In this document: positions 52,811-63,360 of the stretch, piece after piece
Layout: every line of letters starts with the position of its first letter
Numbering within the stretch: position 1 is the first letter of the stretch
Assembly (NCBI GenBank): GCA_013115145.1
Contig: JAAPAO010000036.1
Span: 50,079-114,078 of the forward strand
DNA from: Perkinsus chesapeaki ATCC PRA-425
Taxonomy: Eukaryota; Protista; Perkinsozoa
Length of the DNA stretch: 64,000 nt
Direction: 5' to 3'
Made by a program: the position numbers and the translations under genes
Notes under the pieces: generated by a model
The model's database searches: none
What the model saw: only the letters and a program-made list of their open reading frames with translations
Told to the model about the DNA's origin: nothing

Positions 52811-54336
52811 CTATGCTGCGGCGATAGCTTGACTAATGCTGCGACTGGAGGTCAATCCAATGAAGACTTCCGGCGTCGGTGATTGTATACCCTCCTCTAT
52901 GTCTCCTGACGAGGACGATGGTGAGGAATCGTCCAGACTAGGGTCAGAATCACGACGACCCTGTTGAGCGCGGCTTTCCAAATGATGCAAATGACTAGGA
53001 GCGACTGGATGAAACAGTTCACCATCATCACCAGCGTCCTTAACAAGACCCAGCATCTCAATACGCTCGCGACCTATCACAAAGATACCCTACATCAATA
53101 CCTACCCAAAGGCTTACACATGTAGCACTTAGTAGTCCTTAACACCAAGTCTTTGGCGCATCCCTCGCAGAGGCCACCATGACCACATGGCAGCAGGACA
53201 ACTGTTGCAACAGCGTCCATACAAATCTTGCAGGGATGAGCAACCTGACGCAATCGAGCTGTCCCCTAAACCTCAGACCCTGCCTTCCCTGTCACCTGCT
53301 CGTCTGGCGAAGTCTCCCTGGATATCGAGCCCTTCGTCTTGGAGCTATCGGAGCCTTCGTCCTCGTCGGCATCCTCCTTAGTCTCACGGGGGCTGCCAAT
53401 GTGGAAGAATGTACCTATTGAAACCCGACATCCCGGCTTCAACTAAGAACATCATGCCATACTCGAAACACGCTCCAGCTTTCTGACTTCATCACACCGT
53501 TCGTTAGCATTCTGCTCCAAGGCCACTACGGCCGCCTTCTCCTTCTCGCGACGTGCCTGAGAATGCGCTGCATCAGCCGGGGATCGAACTCGCGCTATGT
53601 ACCTCGCTCATTCGGCGCATGCTGGCCCGGAGGCAATCTCGGCACATCGCAGCACGGAACGTAGAATCATGGTATATCCGTATGGCTCTACCGCAGCCAG
53701 CGCACTGGACCACCTTTAACCAATAAACACCATTTACAAGGTGATATTAAACGTTAAAATGCCCGTCTACGGGATGGTATTAGCATTGAAAGGCCGGTCT
53801 ATGGGATGGTATTAGCATTGAAAGGCCGGTCAACGGGATGGTATTAGCATTGAAAGGCCGGTCTACGGGATGGTATTAGCATTAAAATGCCGGTCTACGG
53901 GATGGTATTAGCATTAAAATGCCGGTCTACGGGATGGTATTAGCAGGAAAACTTTTAATTTAAAAGGCCGGTCTACGGGATAATATTAAACATTATGATG
54001 GCCGGTCTGGCTACAGGCCTTTGATTACTACTCGTCCTTAATAACTATTAACTATTAATAATTAACTAATTATTAATTAATTATTAATAACTATTAATAC
54101 CATTATACTACCACTGTGTTCTGAGCTTTCCACAGCTCGCACTTCATCCGCACTATAAGATACAATGTGACTATAACGGCCAAACATAGAATAATAGCGG
54201 CTACAGCGATGGTCCATGCCGCCCAACCAGGCAATCCCCCTGAGGAAGAAGATGCTCGACGGAGGTTACCATGTACCAGGCCAGTAGCATCATCAGTAAT
54301 AATCGTCGACACATCTGTGTTGATGAGATAAGTCAT
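52811..54336 (-). CDS. Hypothetical single-pass membrane protein, spliced, with a repeat-containing intron (5' end unresolved)
   Basis: TM GGLPGWAAWTIAVAAIILCLAVIVTLYLIVRMK (54150-54240); later exons with ARREKEKAAVVALEQ and S/D-rich tail. Confidence 0.4.
53761..54010. repeat. 32-bp tandem minisatellite (6 near-perfect + 2 degenerate units) followed by an A/T-only tract (~54040-54098)
   Basis: Unit gccggtctacgggatggtattagcattgaaag at 53761, 53793, 53825, 53857, 53889, 53921; no unique spacers. Confidence 0.95.
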
Positions 54337-55106
54337 CAGTTAACTCAATATAACAGTATCTATCACTTTATCATTTATACACTTAACACAATACATAAGG
54401 AATACAGCCTTAATTATATTAAGCGTTACAATTACCTCCAATGACAATTACCGATAATGACTTCGGCCATATCATTCAGTGCTGCTGCTTTTTCCCAATC
54501 CGTTTGAGCCGTAAAACGCCCCCGAACGGATCCAGAGCCTTACCGTCACTATTACTTTCCGTACCGCTGCACCTCCAAGTAATATGGCGGCAATTAGCTA
54601 ACCCGAAGTCGCATTCTGCAGACATGATTTGAGCAACAATGCCGACTCTAGCCGAACTAGCGGCGAAGGTTACGTTATTAACCAGGTACTACTACCTGCT
54701 TCACACTTTCCGAGCCTTAGCTGCTAGTCGGTGCATAAATGAGCTGGACTAAATATGCAAGAGGATACATACTGCACAGAGCTTCAGCTGAAGACATGGA
54801 CTAGAGCCACAAAAGGATCTAGGGAAAGAGTGTAACTTATTTTCCTACGGCATATTACGAATGTATAGTAGCTAAAAGGTAAAGTAACATTCAGTCGCTA
54901 ATTCAGATACTGAACGTCTAAATGCCCTGTGCAAGCGAACGAGATTGGACACTAGCGCAACACCGCACAGGGCCACCGCCACACAAAATTAATGACATCA
55001 CTATGTTATAAACTATGCACTTATCGATCCCGACACCGCCGACTGTCCCACAAATGTGAGGCCCTCACATTAAGGTAAAATATAAAAAGTCAACTTGGTG
55101 AGCATG

Positions 55107-55893
55107 TCAATCGAGAAGCATCCCATCCCGCACTCTCAAGGCTAGTACATCTCCATCCGCTGTATTCACGGCGTTCCGCGGACAACTCCGCTCATCAATA
55201 GTGCATATCTGTTGGGCTATAATAACTGGCTCAGCAACGCCCTGTATGGCATCATTCACAGTGTCGTAGCTAGTCAATGCTCTTCGCTTTCCACTATGAC
55301 CATCGCGGACTGAAAAGTCCCATTGATTGGGGGATGCCTCTATATATGACCGAAAGGCGGGGTCATGGTTAAAACAGCCGTATACGACTCTTTTAGCCCA
55401 AACGAGGCGTTTGCCGGAGATAACATGACCATTTAAACCGCGTACCATACGAAGCTCACATTCACGTACGCCTTCATCTGAAAGCACTTGTTCATATGAA
55501 GCTCACCGCGATATCATAAATAACTACTATCACCTTCCAGATGCCCCTTCTTCTTTCTCCGTTTCTCGGTTCTGGCGCCAGAACTAGTCACTTGCGGTTC
55601 GTCAACAATTTCAAGATCATCTTCGACCCCTGTACGAGTGCTTGCCGAACAAGGCGAGCAGCGGCCCTTATGCAGCCTCGTATCCGGGGCAAGAGTACCC
55701 GCGGGACCACGGTACTCTACCAAACAGCGAGAATGCCCGAAAGGTTGATGACGGTGAACTCACCGAGCTTAGATTCTAGATCGCCTATCCGCCTCTGCAA
55801 CTGTACGCTCAGGGCTCTGAGTTCTTCTAATTCCTCACGTATATCCTCATGGTGAGAATCAAGTAACATTGTGGAACCACCAATCGATGCCAT
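55107..55893 (-). CDS. Spliced hypothetical protein with N-terminal coiled coil and basic NLS-like motif
   Basis: MASIGGSTM...EDIREELEELRALSVQLQRRIGDLESKL|gtgag; EKRRKKKG; last exon ORF 55107-55487. Confidence 0.45.
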
Positions 55894-56375
55894 GATGATA
55901 AGAAGTAAAAACGGCAGAGCCGACAGCGCGTTTCTAGTCGCGCTCGCCTTTCAATTGAGGAAACGCTTCTTTTTCCGCAGATTGACAGTGATTTCCCGAT
56001 GGGTAATCGACGAGAGTGAAATCCCACAGCAAGAGGGACACTCGACACAAAAGACACCACACAAAGGTGAAGCACCCAAACACAAGCTAGCAAGGACCGA
56101 AACAAGTAAATCATACACTGATACTCATCCCATGAGCTATCAACGAACCGCACACTCTCTCTATGATGGAAGGTCTAGGACATCCGCCGTAGCTTGAGTT
56201 GCGATTCACAAAAAAAAGGGGGGGGGCAATAAAGAATCATCAAGAATGATTACTACTAATAAAGTAATGACCAAATGAGATATATCTTGCGTCGATTAAG
56301 CTATATAGCCAAAGGAACGGGACTGGAGAAAACCTACCCCCCGTGATATATCCTTACAAATTGTTCCATAAAAAA

Positions 56376-57044
56376 ATGAATGTCTACTTCAACTATGGAC
56401 CACAAGGACAGTCACTTCCTCTACAACCACAATCTCAACCTCTTCAGCCTCAACCTCTTCAACCACAACCTCCCCAACAACAACAACCACAATTCCTGCA
56501 ATGCCCACAACCCCTACAAGTTGGACAACAACGTCTATCCGATGACAACTCCTACGATCAAAACTATGATACTACTTATCGTTGGAGGTATAATGGTGGA
56601 GGAGGCAGATACAATGGAGCTGGATATCACTACAATAAGAAGAACTGGAAGTGGAACAATAATGTTAACAACAACTATCATTTCAAACCCCGTAGGGGTG
56701 GCTACTCCGGTCCTCGTAAGAGTTGGAACAACTATGACTATTGGTACAACAACAACGACAACAAGTACTACAAGACCACAAACCATGGTATGACTACAAG
56801 TAGAAGGCTTCCATCAGAAGACCCCCGAGTAAGGGGAAAACCTTACCACGAGGTCAAGCTAACCCGTGCTAGAGCTGAAGCGAAGATTCCGGTGGTTGAC
56901 TTATCGTCGTCACTTGAAGGTCATAATGTTACTGATACTCGGATAGTAAATGATAATAATGATGATGAAGAAGATGATATGCCCACGCGGTTGGTATTGT
57001 GGCCTTTCCAGTCTCTGCAACATCGCTGGTCACGTGCATTGTGA
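56376..57044 (+). CDS. ORF1 of YR element: Q/P- then N/Y/G-rich low-complexity protein (gag-like position)
   Basis: Intronless ORF from ATG 56376; QPQPLQPQPPQQQQ, YNGGGGRYNG, WNNNVNNNY, YNNNDNKYY; overlaps the YR frame by ~65 nt. Confidence 0.55.
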   Translation: MNVYFNYGPQGQSLPLQPQSQPLQPQPLQPQPPQQQQPQFLQCPQPLQVGQQRLSDDNSYDQNYDTTYRWRYNGGGGRYNGAGYHYNKKNWKWNNNVNNNYHFKPRRGGYSGPRKSWNNYDYWYNNNDNKYYKTTNHGMTTSRRLPSEDPRVRGKPYHEVKLTRARAEAKIPVVDLSSSLEGHNVTDTRIVNDNNDDEEDDMPTRLVLWPFQSLQHRWSRAL

Positions 57045-57856
57045 GCCTCACGAAGAAGAACCATAAGTACGGTACCGTGGTTACGTATCTTAGTAATATA
57101 CGCACTGAAGGTCGTCTTTACGAAATTTCCCCCTTAACTGTGGCTGAGGAAGAGCAAGTTCGATTGTGCCTGCAGGCAGCTAAGCGCATGCTAACGAGTA
57201 TCTCCACCAAAAGAACGGTGACTCTCACACTAGAGCAGATCCGTCTTCTGATACGTATTGTTCCCAGAACTGGTCATAGAGATTCTCGTGTTGCTTTCTT
57301 AACAGGAACGTTTGCATTACTGAGGCTCAAGGAGGTGGTGTCCTTGACCCCGGGCGACGTACATGTTGGCTGTCATGATCAGTATCTGATACTACATATC
57401 AGGTCCTCTAAAACCGACCAATCGGGGACTGGTGCTAATGTTATACTTGGGTGTGTACAAGGTCTATCGTGTACAACTGAATGCACAGATGACTTATGTG
57501 CTATGCATCAGTTATTTTACCTTCTGCGCAAGGGACCCGATCTCCATAATCAACCCACTATCTTCGGTTTATCTTATGGGCAACTTTCTGCGGATATCAA
57601 CTTTTTGGTTAATACCGTCTTCCAAAGTACTGATCCGAATATAGAGGTAGGAAGAAAGACGTCCCATAGTATGAGACGTACAGGTGTATGCCTCCTAGCT
57701 GACGCTGGAGTACCCTTACCTGTTATTGCAGAATATGGGAGATGGAAGGATGTATCGGTGGTCGAGAATGTGTATATGCGAGATCACACCCAGCGTACAC
57801 TACGAGAACTCAAGTTCGCACAGCTCATGTCGGGAAACGTAGAGAGTCTCTACTAG
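56978..57856 (+). mobile_element. Tyrosine recombinase of DIRS/Ngaro/VIPER-type YR elements
   Basis: N-terminal FPVS...YLSNIR, catalytic R (ALLRLKEV), K (IRSSKTDQ), HxxR (SHSMRRTG), GRW and Y (ENVYMRD); intronless; no in-frame ATG, frame opens after TGA ~56977. Confidence 0.9.
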
Positions 57857-58519
57857 AGACCACACCGGCTTGGTCCTCTACCGCCACACTACCACGGGGC
57901 GATAGCTCCCCGCTCACAATCGCATCAGTCCAAACAGTGGCCTCAGCGATAGCAAAGTACTCGATCACAACGCGACCAGCCGAGGCCAGTGGGGAGAGTC
58001 TCTGTGCCACCGACATCAACCCGTGTGCAGCCGTAGATGCCCGAATAGAATGGTGACGTAGTTTTACGACCGATCATTGACAGGTATGGGTTTCAGTGTA
58101 ACTACCAGTTGCTAGACTTGTGTTGTATTTAAGAAGACCATAGGGCTGTGCTGGACGCAGAAGACAAAGGGCGAGGTAAGGTAGGATGCGGAGGCTGCCC
58201 AGTCTCTGGAGTCCAGAGGTTGGACACCAGAGATCTGGCTCAAGTACAGTAGTACTCAGCCAGAACCAGGACAGACCTCCTACTCCTAGTGGACAAGGTA
58301 GCGTACACTGCCACCATAGCAGCCGCTACCACGTCCACCCTCGCCCATCGCTCTGCGTCATGGGATTTCAGGAGAAATTACAAATTTTCACGGAGACGCG
58401 CACTTTTCCTTACGCGGGGATTGAGATTTCGCACCTGCAATCGATAGGTCTGTTATCGTGCAGGGGTTGAGATTGTACTGTGCTGAGCTGCGGAAGCCCG
58501 ACGGAAACGTGTGGATCAC

Positions 58520-59130
58520 ACCGACAGTCCATTATGGACTATCCATACCGTTCAGAGATCTTTTTTGCGCTTAAGGCCTTTTTTGTCCATACCGTTCAAT
58601 TTGGCCACCAAATCACGTTCGCGGATCGGGAAATCAATTTCGCGAATAAGGACATCAATTCAAAGAAGGAGGACTACATAAAGTTACTCAGGGCATTTGA
58701 TCCAACTTGGCGGAACATTTGGAGATCCCCGGTGGAGGATATATCCATTTGAGAGACCTAATATCCATTTGGACGAATGGTCAGGCTATGGACTACGATT
58801 CTCTGAGAAGGAAAATAGTCATATGGGTCTCAGAGTTTACGGGTTAGCCTTTAACCCCGTGTTGACAGTGAAGTTGTCGGCTATGATACTGTCAAGGCTC
58901 GTTGACAATGGCTACGCCACCGTATGTTTTCGTTGTACGATTTCGTACGCCGGATGTTATGATCATCATATCGCCCTTCTTCAGGGGTACTCATCCTTCT
59001 CTACATTTTGCTACTCTTTTCATGATACGTCGCTGAGGTGTCCTACGGCCGTGTGGGAATTCCATTAAGACACAACTCCTCCTATCAAGTTCTTTCATAG
59101 GAACTCAAGCGGGTTGCGTACGACAGTAAG
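58520..59130 (+). pseudogene. Decayed reverse-transcriptase-like remnant downstream of the YR
   Basis: Across shifting frames: FFVHTVQFGHQITFADREIN (cf. F-x-V-x-K..D-x-R-x-N), LDEWSGY (motif A-like), VYGLAFNP..KLSAMILSRL (cf. FGL..P), no intact YxDD; stops and frameshifts. Confidence 0.4.
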
Positions 59131-59611
59131 CTCCACTAGACATAGCGACACAAGGGTGATTGGGCCCACGCCATTGGCCATGATCTACCCCAAGACTGTA
59201 AGCCACAATTCCCTATCGTTCTGCTGCAGACTACAACGCAAATCATCATCAATCGTACTCCGATACGTACCACGATGGTAGATGTTAGGTTTCGATAAGT
59301 CAGAATCACGGGTACTATGTTACTTTCTGGCAAGTGCTAAGGCCAGCTAACTGAAGGGGTGAAATACGGTATTCCAAATATCTAACAACAAGTGAGACAC
59401 AGGCACTGCGTCACAGTGAGTGCCACGCTCAGAGCGCGGCACCTGCTGATTGTTTCTCGAAAGCCTGTATCTCACTCAAGGATAACCGATAGTTCCAAAA
59501 ATACTTGGTTTAACGATGAAATAACAATACGCGACAACTTTACGTAGACTAGTGGCTCACTTGGAGCCGCGAAATACGCTAACTTCATAGTTACCGGAAT
59601 AATAATATTAC

Positions 59612-60617
59612 TTAATAATAATAGGCGAGGAGGGAAAAGGAAGGTATGTCTGAGAAGAACAACAGGACTTTCCTGCTTTTATAAGCTTTCGTGAAAAGCT
59701 TAACTGAAGTACGCCCGCCGACAGGCAGGGCCACAGTCTATCTCAACTCACCCATGACATCAATGAAGTTCAGCTTTTTGTAGAGCGCTATCGCGGGTTT
59801 GTTGCTTTTAAGGACATCCAGGGCGAGAGCAAGAACGTCTCCTGATTTGTTGCCCTAACAGGCAAGGAGGCTTACCATACAACAAGTTCGCCAACCAAGA
59901 TCGCCCGCTAAAAAAGCGAAATAATCTTACGAGTTCGATACTGTATTTCATCAGTACTGTTGCGATCATGCAACGGCTTACCAACGAAAGGGCATCGCAA
60001 TGCGATGCCCTTTCGTTGGTAAGCCGCGTCTACCTCAACCTAAAACACAAACGCTGCCCGAAGGTACAGAAGATGTGTCAGAATGAACCTTCACAATTTG
60101 GATCACTTACATTAAGGATATAGTTGAACTTCGTCTTGTTCGACGGGTGCGGCCTGATCGGGACTATGCGTGATGGGGAGACTGTCCTGCACGATAGCGT
60201 GGCAGGCCCAAGTGCCTCCCAATTACATATGCTTCTTGATCGCTGTTTTCTCTCGTGGGGTTAACGGATCCCCTAGAGACACCGCGATGAAGCCAACAAC
60301 CGTCTGGAACGAGAATATAATATATGAACAGTTCCATATTGATAGCTCTTCTCCGAAGCCACTAGTCCCCCTATTATATCATTAATGAATAGACACATAC
60401 TCACCGTTTGGCTTCTGTCTAGGTCGACTGCGACGTAACAGGGAGGTTCCTTCCTGTCATGGCATTCCCTAAACTCCGCACTTGGCTCAACGAAGTGATC
60501 GCCAGTCTTATAGACTATAAGACTATAAGACTATAAGTTATAGTCTCGATACACGACATTAACTGCATCTGAAGGTAGAAAGTTAAGGCAGAAGATAGCG
60601 GAGAGAAGCAGCTTCAT
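59612..60617 (-). pseudogene. GNAT paralog 3 (inverted, dispersed), disabled by two templated inverted insertions
   Basis: MKLLLSAIFCLNFLPSDAVNVVYRD | TVVGFIAV | PHPSNKTKFNYILN | VEVDAAYQRKGIA..LMKYSIEL | GNKSGDVLALALDVLKSNKPAIALYKKLNF | ..AYYY*; insertions at 60514-60543 (in-frame TAG 60531-33) and 59961-60000 (frameshift). Confidence 0.85.
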
Positions 60618-60949
60618 GTATAAAAATTAGCTGGCTGGATGATTCACAACTTTCAATAGTTTACTACGAAGTCAGCCAAACTGACTCGGCTCCTAGTGAC
60701 ATACCCGAGTCATGGCGCGCCATGCTGTCCCCGCAGCGGGGACAGCGGCTCCACAGACTAAATAAATGAACTACACCGGAGGTATTACAAACTTTGTTAG
60801 TTTGGTCAGAAAGTGTTACGCTGGAGTCTGTTGGGCCGCAAACAAAGCGACAATTTATCTTGCTCATAATAAATGCTGTGGTCCATACCCATGAAACCTC
60901 AAGTGTGGTTTCCAGCATTTCTGTGCTGTCCTACCTGTTTGCCGCACAA

Positions 60950-61990
60950 GGGGAAGAGTCGAGGCGTCTCTGTCGGAATCTTCACCGAAATATACAATAA
61001 AGTACTACTACCAATAATTCTATATGCCCATGAAATATGGGGAGGAACTATTGCAAATAAGACCATAAGAGAAGAGATAGATCTTTTGGGGGCTAGCTTC
61101 CTTAGAAGAGCTTTAAGGGTTAGAAGGAGTACACCCCGTCCACTACTATATATTGCCTCTGGAGTGATGCCACTATCGCAATTGGTGGCAGAGAGGTTAG
61201 TTCTGGCTCAAATCCACAAAAGGCCAATGGACATGCATATGAAAGGGAAGGTAGGTACTACCAAATTTCGAGAGCTGCTGGAGGAGTGGGGCTTCCCCAC
61301 CACTCATCATCACGGTGAGGATAATACACCTGGAAAAGTTGTCAAACCCGCTGATACCAAATTTCGTCTTTCTCTAGTGAGAGATTACCATATTGTTAGA
61401 CCGGTATCCTCTTTATCTGAACCCTTACGAAGGGCTGTACGAAGTTCAAGGCAGAGAGAATGCTTGCAGTGCGTTGTGCGGACTAGCAAGAACGGTGCTT
61501 TTTTACAACTCTTATCTGGGCACTCTACTCTGTTAAACGCCTATGTGTATCGGCCCGGCATCAATGTCGCGGCTCATGATATAAACTGTAACCACTGTAG
61601 AGTAAAAGATGATAGCTCACACTTACTGCTTGATTGTGAGCGACAGGATCGGTCACGTTTTAGGCCTTCCTTTGTGGACGAGAACGGAACTCTCGGGCAG
61701 ATAACAATTTGTGCGAAGCGATGTGCGGCGGTCGCTAGCTTTTGTGAGAAAATATTTTTTAGACACTTACGGAATGGAGGTTGAGAGCATTAAACAACCA
61801 TACTGAGCTCATGGGGATGCCTGGTCGAGTGAAGCTGTGTGGCAAGGCTGAATACTTCGAGTCCTAGAGATGAAGCTTGTGGTCTCGCACCTTGGGAGCC
61901 ATTGTGTTTTTGGTAGTTGTACACAGGCCCTTGGTTGTGTAAGTGGATTCTGCTAGGAGGAGTAGGATCTCTTGAGACTAGCTACATTCG
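60950..61990 (+). mobile_element. 5'-truncated non-LTR retrotransposon (post-RT region, C-terminal CCHC knuckle, putative 3' UTR)
   Basis: IYNKVLLPIILYAHEIW...FLRRALRVRRSTPRPLLYIASGVMPL and GHS...CNHCRVKDDSSHLLLDC; RT core absent; 3' end approximate. Confidence 0.8.
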
Positions 61991-62003
61991 TTTTTGGTAA
62001 ACC

Positions 62004-62560
62004 CTACGGTGACAATAACAGTATAGGTATTAAACTCTCGCTCTGAAGCTGCACATGGAATGGATAGTCTAACTCAGCCAATTTTCGGCGTTGGACTATA
62101 AACTCACACACACGCCGCACAAGCTGTAGCTTTACCTTATAAAGATCATCATCTGGGAAGGTAGTGCAGCTTCGCGAGAGGGCACGGACTGTGCCGCACA
62201 GTAAAGGCCGTGCCCGATATGTTCCCAGCGGTGAGTTCACCGCGGGCGAATCGATGAAGGCCGAGCCTACCTTGTGAAGCTCCGGCCTCCGAGCTCGGAA
62301 CAAAATTCTCTGTCCAAGTGCCATCCGTCCGAGTACCCCGATTCCGAGTATCCAGAAAAACCCTTCCGAGCACGACATTCCTAGTCCCTCATACCATAAA
62401 GCACCGGAAACATAACAAACATAGAAGTACGGATACTTGAGGATCGACCCAAATAAGGCAGTGCCACCGCATCGCATTTTTCTAGGAAGAACACCGTACA
62501 GTACCGGAGTCTGGTAACGAGATACACCAGACACAATGTTGCTAGCGATTGACACAAAAG
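62004..62560 (-). CDS. Possible spliced hypothetical gene
   Basis: Open frames with plausible GT-AG sites (YFY|gtatgt); no family recognised. Confidence 0.25.
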
Positions 62561-62744
62561 GAGAAACTACAGGAACATGCCCAAGTTGGTGATTCCAGCG
62601 CCTCGGCGGGTAAATTTTGCTCGCAATATTTCAAATAACATATTCGTAAATTACAAATTGTAATTGGTTCTACGGGACCATTTTATCGAAACTAGTCCTT
62701 GAGTTGAATTTTGGCGACTGACCAAGTGGAGGGTAGTTTTATCA

Positions 62745-63360
62745 GTGACGATGACGTTCCGAGGAGCTACTGTGAAAGTGAGTATTCACTTGAACACTGT
62801 GAGTGGGCAGCCGAGCCAAGTACTCGGCCAAATACCTCGAAATACCCTCCTTTCCGAGCTGTTGCACTTGAATAAAGATATGCCAGGATTTTGGGGCTCG
62901 GACTCGGAACTCGGAGCAAGGCCTGGCTCAGTGAGCCAGGCTCACAAGGTTCGCAGCACATGTTTTTTGCTATGTTAGACGCGGTTACAAGTACCTTGCA
63001 TCGCTGTGCCGCACAACGATCCGTAGTGCCTCGGCACTTGAGTGACTCTATGAACAAGATGACTGTGACGAGCCCATCACAGTGGAAGAGTTAGCTTCGC
63101 AAATTGCTAACGAATGCCCTGTCTCAGCTCTGCAACCACTCCAAATCAACGCTATCGTGGCACCCTATGCCTTCAAGGCTGAGGCATCATCATCAGTCAG
63201 TGTGTTGTGGGCATGCTTTAGTGCTAATGAAGGGAGACTTCGGTGTGCACAGACTGTGCACAGGTGTTCAGCATAGTATACGATATCTCACGTTCCGCTC
63301 TGTTTCTCTCAACGCGACAGCCAGCCTTCTACCAGCAGCTGAGACATTACCTTGTTAGAG
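62745..63360 (+). CDS. Possible spliced hypothetical gene
   Basis: Consecutive short ORFs (LSELLHLNKDMPGFW; EELASQIANEC...SVLWACF) with intron-like gaps; no family recognised. Confidence 0.25.

Noticed and set aside
53761-54010. 32-bp repeats as a CRISPR array
   Set aside because: Units are directly adjacent with no unique spacers; eukaryotic context and no cas genes
55569-55584. Short perfect palindromes with 7-8-bp arms (e.g. gttctggcgccagaac; also 45512-45526)
   Set aside because: About 1-4 are expected by chance in 64 kb, so they were not counted as evidence
59430-59470. Possible hammerhead ribozyme (CTGA...GAAA between stems)
   Set aside because: The core reads CTGATTG rather than CUGANGA and there is no UH after the stem-III partner on either strand
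60481-60490. CTTGGCTCAA, matching the SL 3' end
   Set aside because: 10-nt match antisense to conserved GNAT3 exon 1 codons (FVEPS); chance
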